NCBI GenBank assembly: GCA_964016885.1
Contig: OZ024741.1
Coordinates: 184,884,001-184,948,000, forward strand
DNA: 64,000 nt
Direction of reading: 5' to 3'
Source: Eledone cirrhosa
Lineage: Eukaryota
In this document: positions 56,118 to 64,000 of the stretch, one piece after another
Position numbering within the stretch: position 1 is the first letter of the stretch
Layout: each line of letters begins with the position of its first letter
Notes under the pieces: model-generated
Database searches by the model: none
Seen by the model: only the letters and a program-made list of their open reading frames with translations
What the model was told of the DNA's origin: nothing
Translations under genes and position numbers: made by a program

Positions 56118-57022
56118 TAAATTAAAGTATAGAAATGTTTGTGAGCGTGAAGCCAACAGTATTTCATAATATATAAGTGACTATAACGTCAAAATGGAAA
56201 AGTAGTTAACGTAAGATATGGGGAAAAAAATTAAAACTCAATTAAAAAAAAAAATCAAGACATAGATTAATCCATATAATTTTGTGAAATCCAGGGAAAA
56301 ATCAATAGAGCCTTAACTCAGAATAAAATAAAGTTTAAATACCCATCCTTCAATTTGGAAAAACTACAAAGGCTCTGTATAGTCTTAAAAAGACTATTTT
56401 GCGAAACTTTTAGTGGGGATGGTCACGGTTGGAACCGTTCATCAGCAGAGCTCAAACACGATAAACCTAATTTCACTGTAGAATATGCCAAAAATGTAAT
56501 TTAAAGACAGGCTAGTTCACCTCGTACATAATTATGAAAAATAAACGCACATGGAGAGACATGGCTGGTGACGTCAGAATGGGACGAATGTCTGTTTACA
56601 TGAAACAACAGTCTAAACACATTCCGAAAAAAACTCTACAAGTGTAAGGAGTTCAGCAAAATAACAATATTATCGCGGTTTTTAAAAAAAAAAAGACCGG
56701 GATTAGTCACAAATAATTTTAAGCACTCTAGGAGAATTCCGAGTATAAATATAAATTAAAGTATAGAAATTGTTGTGAGCGTGAAGCCAACAGTATTTCA
56801 TAATATATAAGTGACTATAACGTCAAAATAGAAAAGTAGTTAACGTAAGATGTGGGAGAAAAAAATTCAAACTCAATTAAAAAAAAAATCAAGACATAGA
56901 TTAATCCATATAATTTTGTGAAATCCAGGGAAAAATCAATAGAGCCTTAACTCAGAATAAAATAAAGTTTAAATACTCATACTTCAATTTGGAAAAAACT
57001 ACAAATGCTCTGTATAGTCTTA
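56118..57022. mobile_element. Non-coding element with ~270-bp direct repeats (56118-56386 / ~56753-57022) between (TA)n tracts
   Basis: Near-identical direct repeats; decayed minus-strand hammerhead CTGATGA-ACGGTT-cc-AACCGT-gacc at 56421-56445. Confidence 0.8.
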
Positions 57023-57116
57023 TATATATATATATATATATATATATTTACTGTAGTAAAAGTTTGGTAGAAATATCCAAGTGTAAGAGCACTCAGTCCA
57101 TAGAACGAGTTACGTA

Positions 57117-57246
57117 TAATTAGTTAGAACAGTGACATATACAGGTACTTAAGTGTTCTATACCCTATTCACTTAGCCTGAATAAGTTGGCGTGCAGATC
57201 CCAATGAAACTTAAGTATCTGTATATGTCAATATTGTAACTAATTA
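57117..57246. repeat. Small inverted repeat (57117-57154 / 57209-57246) with decayed hammerhead
   Basis: CTGAAtA-ag-TTGG..CCAA-t-GAAAC-TTAA-GTA at 57178-57218. Confidence 0.6.
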
Positions 57247-57275
57247 TATATATATATATATACATATATACTGAA

Positions 57276-57358
<83 letters not shown>

Positions 57359-57944
57359 AAATTATTGTGGATTTCAGTTGCTCGAAAGTATAAAACCCGT
57401 AATAGTTGACCCAATAAAGTACTCCTTAAAATAGCAAATCCTTAAATTCTCAATTTATATTTGTATACAATAAAAAAAAAAAGAAAAAGGAAATATGCAT
57501 ACACATACATACGAACACATACACACACCTATGTCTATATGTGTATAGACGGTTTGTTTACTAGCGTCAACGTATTGGAACTTAGCTCATTATCTCATTA
57601 TCTCAGACATACATCCCCTGAGTATATAACGACCTTCTATTTAAATTATCAAGACTAATTACAGTTCTAATTATCAAATAATAATGAGGCCAGTATACAC
57701 ACAGTGACTTTACTAAATTAGTGTCGTGTGACACTTCCGAAACATTAGAATGAGTTAACAATTCCATAAGACTGTTGGCGTACTGGTGGTGTTGCTGCTG
57801 CGGGGTTAGGCTGGGGGTAGCGGTGGGGATAGCTGTGGTGGTGGTGGTGGTAGTGGTGCTGGTGCTGGAGCTGCTGGTAGTGATCATGTGGAGTGGTGGT
57901 GGTAAAGTAATATCGGTGTTTGTGTTGCTAGAAAGGTGGAGATG

Positions 57945-58220
57945 CCTGGGATAGTAGTAAGGGTGTTGGCTATACGATCATAATGTTGTGGGTTCGATTC
58001 CTGGGTAGGGTGCATGTTGTTCTCTTGAGCAAAACACTTAATTTTACGTTGCTCTAGTATACTCAGCTGAAAATCAGTACCAGCAGTAGCTGGGTGTTAA
58101 AATCTGCGATGGACTGGCGTCCTGTCCCGGTGGGAGAGTCTTGTACTCTCACTCATTACATGACACAGAAACTGGGATTAGCACCGGATTAATGAGGCAC
58201 CGAGCTCGAGACTGACTTTA
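57945..58220 (+). mobile_element. tRNA-derived SINE with V-domain-like core and RTE-like tail
   Basis: Box B GGTTCGATTCC; 'cttgagcaaaacacttaa..ttgctc'; 'ctgcgatggactggcgtcctgtcc'. Confidence 0.7.
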
Positions 58221-58447
58221 TGTGCTAGAAATGGTGGTTATAGCAACGGAAGCGTGATAATGGTGATAATGATTGTGGTGTCGCTGAAGAATATTTGTGG
58301 ATTGTGGTATTTATTGATAATGAAGATGAGTAGGAGGATAATAATGACAGTGACGATGACGACGATGATGATGATGATGATGATGATGAGGAGGAGGAGG
58401 AGGAGGAAGAGGAGGAAGATAATCATACCAGTAATGCGAATGGTAAT

Positions 58448-58824
58448 CATAATTGTTTCTACTTTAGGCACAAGGCCAGCAATTACCAAGTACATTACTG
58501 GTACTTTATTTTATCGTAAGGATGAAAGGCAAAGTTGATCTCGGCAGGATTTGAACTCAGAATGGAAAGGGCCGTAACTCTATGCGTCAAAGCATGGCGT
58601 CCGACCCTCTACCGATACTGCCAATCGACCGTAATCATAAGTGTTTCTACTTTAGGCACAAGGCCAGCAAAAACACCAGTACATTACTGGTACTTTATTT
58701 TATCGACCCCGTAAGGATGAAAGGCAAAGCTAACCTCGGCGGGATTTGAACTCAGACTGTAAAGGGACGTAACTATTCTAGAAAGCATGGCGTCCAACGC
58801 TCTACCGATACTGCCAATTCACCG
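58448..58824 (-). mobile_element. Head-to-tail SINE dimer (subtype A then B in transcription order)
   Basis: Units ~58640-58824 and ~58448-58631; GTAATCATAA at 58443, 58631 and 58824. Confidence 0.9.
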
Positions 58825-58939
58825 TAATCATAATATTTGTTAAATATGCTGGTGATCATGTTGATGGTGAAATTAACGATGGTAATCATAAGTATGCTGA
58901 TAATGACTACAACAATGATAATGCTGTAGTCATTATCAG

Positions 58940-61185
58940 ATCTTCTCGAAGCGCTCTATTGCAACGAGCAGCAAAATGGAAGTATTCCCAGTTCTGTGAG
59001 CCGGGGCGTAGGAACGCTGATAAGGAAAGACGAGAACAAGAGGGACACATTAGGTAACTTCAGAGCCATAACTCTGCTCAACACAGACTTTACGAATTTG
59101 GCCAAGGTGTAAGCGAAGAGGTTGGTGCTTGTCGTCGAGGATTTGGTTTGCGAGGCTCAAACTTGTGCAATATCGACCAGGTCCATAGACGATAACCTCC
59201 ACCTCATGCGATATATCATAGAGAGTGTAGGGTGTAAACCTGGCTTCGGTGGTTAGCTAATCAAATTAGATCAATCGAAAGCATTCGATAGGGTCGACCA
59301 TCGGTACTCGGAGGCTGTCCTCAAGGCAGCTGGCTTCGGCTTCGTCTTCAAGGGTTGGATAGCTGCAATGCACAGTGGCATCTGCTCGGTGGTCCAAAGT
59401 AATGACTTCCTCTCAGAACCGTTTCAGATCAACCGATCGGTCCGTCAACGGTGCCCTCTCTTCTCTACGTATTGACTCTCAAGCTTTTACTGCAGAACCT
59501 GGAGCTTTTGCAGGGCCTCACGCTCGAACCGGGTCGCGGAAAGGCTGTGTCAGCTTATGCGAAGGACATAACCGTGATAGTGTCGAACACCTCGGAAATC
59601 AAGGTGGTCGACATCTTATTATGGGAATATGAAAGGTTGACGGGAGCGAAACTTAATCCGTAAAAGTCAGTGTACTTGCAGCTCGGCACTTGGAGAGTCA
59701 GGTCCATTCCGTTCAGCAGTTTTGTTGGGAACTAGACGGACAGACCGGTAAAGTTGCTCGGGGTTTGGTTCGGACCAGATCTCGAGGTGGATAAGAATTT
59801 GGACGAGGTGACGAGCAGGGTAGCCAGTCTCACCCAGAAATGGGCTGCGAGGAAACTGTCTCTGAAAGGTCGGACGAAGGTGGCCAATGCGTATATTGCG
59901 TCCATCATCTACTATCGCCTGACCGTTGTGCCTTGCCCCCGTCCGCGCTACGCCAATTTGGAAAGGCCCCTCTTCAAATTCTTGTGGAGGGGATAGGTTC
60001 CGTTGGTGAGGCGATCCATCTGCTGTCAGAACCCTCTCCATGGAGGGCTGGGTATGCCATCGCTAAGGATGCGCAGGTATGTGCTAAGGCTGCGACATCT
60101 CCAGATATTCTGCCTAAACGGTACACAGGTGTGGTCTCCGCAGCTCGTCTCTTTGCCTGAGCTGCAGTGCTGGGTCAAGGAGAGACCGAGACTGGGTGAG
60201 CGGCATCTTCAATGTTGCCAGGCACTCACTGCCCTCTACCAGGTGTGCAATGCGGCCAGTGGAAATTCCACTCTCGAGTTCTATAGAGCATTAGTGATGG
60301 GAAAGTGCAACGGCGCAGTCGGAGAGGCTCTGGGTGTTAACCAAGTCGAACTGACCAGTTTGTTCCGTAGGACTTTTGAGCTGGGGACGATAGATAACTT
60401 CCAGAAATCCCTCACTTGGCAGTGCTACCGAGGGGGCACTGCTGGTTTGAGATAAAATTTACAGGCACTGAAGTGCTGTCAGAACTTGTCCGAAATGCGC
60501 GTCGAGCGACGAAGCCATTCTGCACGCACTTGTCCAGTGTCCGTGCATTACTGACTTGTGGAGTTATGTCAAACAGCTGTTGTCGCGTGTAGCACGGATC
60601 CGGCTATTGGCCGAGTCTATGGATAAGAACGAACCGCCGCCTTCTTTAAGCCAGGAAGGGCAGGCAATTTTCCTCCGTCTGGTGGCAATAGCAAAAGTGG
60701 TTGTGTGGGGGACCAATTTGAAAGGACTGAAGACAGACACTTTTGTCTTCTGCCAATCCCTAATCAACTTCTTCAAGTTTGACTTGGAAGGGAAGGTGAG
60801 CGTGGAGAGAGAAGTGTTGACACCCAGTACATTTGCTAAAAGGTGGATGAATGTGGCGAGAATGACCCGTGTAAGTGGGCCTAATCCGACCATGCATCTG
60901 TAGGCCGGTTAATTTTACGAGGAAAGGGTGCCCTCCCCGGGTGCCCTCGAAGCGTCGCGTGGTTCAGGATTGGTGGGGCACCTGAGTCGCCCCTGGCTGG
61001 TTCACCCCCATATTAGAGGATTTGTTTTGTTATTTTAATACATAGTCTTTTTTTTCATTGTTAAATTGGTTTTGTTAAAATTGCATTTTGTTAAATTGTA
61101 TTTTTACTCGATCATATTGTAAGCCCCCACTGTCCGTGTCTTTGTATTGTCCCCTACAGGTCGGCCCTTGTGGCCAATAAATGAA
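58940..61185 (+). mobile_element. 5'-truncated Tx1/L1-clade LINE (ORF2 pseudogene plus 3' UTR)
   Basis: FRAITLLNTD, IKLDQSKAFDRVDH, SVRQRCPL, AYAKDIT, YERLTGAKLN, LGVWFG, WAARKLSLKGRTKVAN, GGLGMP, CPKC..DEAILHALVQCP; AATAAA at ~61176. Confidence 0.9.
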
Positions 61186-61439
61186 ATCATTATTATATTT
61201 TTATGGATGGTTTGTTTAGTAAATATGATACTTACTGGATTTTCTCATACCTATCAGATCTCTACAAGGATGTGAGACAGAGCGTACTTATCTGAGCAGA
61301 TTTTATAAGAAAAATTGTACTTAATATTAGTTAAAGTTCTCCGAAATAAACAGCGTAGCCTGCGTGTTACTGTTCACTTATGAAATAGAGACGTCATTCG
61401 CCTTAAGGGAAACGGAAGTTTGTCAAAAGCATTTTTCCA

Positions 61440-61595
61440 CAATATTTTTCCTAATTTTGTATCAATATCACGCTGAAGTTAACTTTTCATTTTATTCTTC
61501 AGCGGACGAACACTTAAAGTACCAGTCGAGTAATGGGAAGATTTAGTTGACGTTACCCACTACTAATTTACTGGCCTTGTGCTTAAATTAAAGCA
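61440..61595 (+). mobile_element. Decayed copy of the main SINE family
   Basis: 'gctgaagttaacttttcattttattct..aaagtaccagtc..ctggccttgtgcttaaa'. Confidence 0.55.
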
Positions 61596-61654
61596 AATTT
61601 AACATCAGACGTTAAATAGGGAGAGAATTGTGTATATTATGCGTGTGAAACAAG

Positions 61655-61734
<80 letters not shown>

Positions 61735-61737
61735 TAC

Positions 61738-61787
61738 CCATTCCGAGCTGAGGATCCGCTAATGTGAAACAATTCTTCTCGGTATGG
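61738..61787 (+). ncRNA. Hammerhead-like motif making up most of an ~80-bp island between two (TA)n tracts
   Basis: CCATTCCGAG-CTGAGGA-tccgctaatgt-GAAAC-aattctt-CTCGGTATGG; stem I clear, stem II weak. Confidence 0.55.
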
Positions 61788-61809
61788 TGAACTAAAATTG
61801 TGTAACCAC

Positions 61810-61844
<35 letters not shown>

Positions 61845-61847
<3 letters not shown>

Positions 61848-62120
61848 GTGCAGTGTTTAGTGATTCTGTGTGTTCAAATCCAGAACCGAGGGTTTTGTTA
61901 TATCCTTGAGCAAGGCACATTATTTCACGTTGCTTAAGTTCACACAGCTGTAGAATGGAGATTCGACGTCTCTGATATCGGTCTTTGGCTTTCCCTTGCA
62001 TGACATCGATGGCATTATGCATAGGTGACTGCAGGTCTTCCACAAAGCACTTAGCCTAGGCTTGTGTCTCAGGGGGAATTCCTAGGTGTAAAACACCTGA
62101 TTATCCGTGAGACAAGGGTG
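61845..62120 (+). mobile_element. Decayed V-domain-like SINE
   Basis: GTTCAAATCC box B; 'ccttgagcaaggcacattatttcacgttgct..cacacagctgtagaatg'. Confidence 0.55.
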
Positions 62121-62277
62121 TTACATATATATATGCATGTGTGTGTGAATGTACGCATGTATAGAAATATATATATATATATCCAAAATTAAGATAATCA
62201 AAATGATGGGTGTCATGCCAGAAAGACATGCCCCATATCACCCGCAAAATAGGCTCTAAGATTCTAACGAATAGGTC

Positions 62278-62352
<75 letters not shown>

Positions 62353-62357
<5 letters not shown>

Positions 62358-62713
62358 AAATAAAGATCCGAAGGCATGGTATAAATTTCCAATCATTTTA
62401 ATCACGACACATGTTTCAATAAGATATAGATCGATCGTGTAGCCATGATCGATTATCACTGATCTCGTCAGGTGAAAATGAATTGTCTTCAAATCCTTGA
62501 TATGAGGGAGAAAGTTAACGATGACTAAACTCTGTGAGTGAACATCGTTAATTTTCTCCCTCATATCAAGGATTTGAAGACAATTCATTTTCACCTGACG
62601 AGATCAGTGATGATCGATCATGGCTACACGATCGATCTATCTTTTATTGAGACATGTGTCGTGATTAAAATGATTGGAAATTTATACCTTGCCTTCGGAT
62701 CTTTATTTTGATA
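62353..62713. repeat. Foldback (arms 62353-62523 / 62543-62713) with a hammerhead in each arm
   Basis: Minus-strand left arm reads CAC-CTGACGA...ATCGATC..GATCGAT...GAAAC-ATGT-GTC-GTG; the right arm has GAGAC in place of GAAAC. Confidence 0.9.
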
Positions 62714-62859
62714 CAAATACTCCGTTTTACATCATCTAGCTGTTCCCATAAATGGAATTGGAGATATACAAAAGCGTGGAGAACTTAATATTGCTAACAA
62801 AAGTTTATTGGACCGTATGACACAACCAATAATACACCTTACTATATAACAACTATATA

Positions 62860-64000
<1,141 letters not shown>

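Overview
AT-rich eukaryotic genomic DNA saturated with microsatellites ((TA)n, (CA)n, (TATG)n, (AG)n, (TTC)n) and transposable elements. From recall only, the SINE family and repeat landscape resemble octopus/coleoid cephalopod DNA; I did not verify this by search. I found no convincing host protein-coding gene, and most ORFs in the track are microsatellite artefacts. Recognisable content: (1) at least five Penelope-like element (PLE) copies or fragments with RT and/or GIY-YIG coding sequence, two of them large inverted-repeat insertions; (2) three Helitrons, one with Rep and PIF1 remnants; (3) one mariner relic; (4) RTE, Tx1/L1, CRE and R4/Dong-type LINE fragments; (5) about 15 copies of one tRNA-derived SINE family. 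Three patterns stand out. First, more than a dozen intact or decayed minimal hammerhead-ribozyme motifs sit in short non-coding modules bounded by (TA)n, many folded back into palindromes. Second, head-to-tail SINE arrays have a different subtype in each unit, a locus-specific target sequence repeated between units, and the same subtype order in all three arrays. Third, two divergent PLEs have their inversion junctions at the same RT 'DKG' motif. All alignments and coordinates were read by eye and may be off by a few bases.
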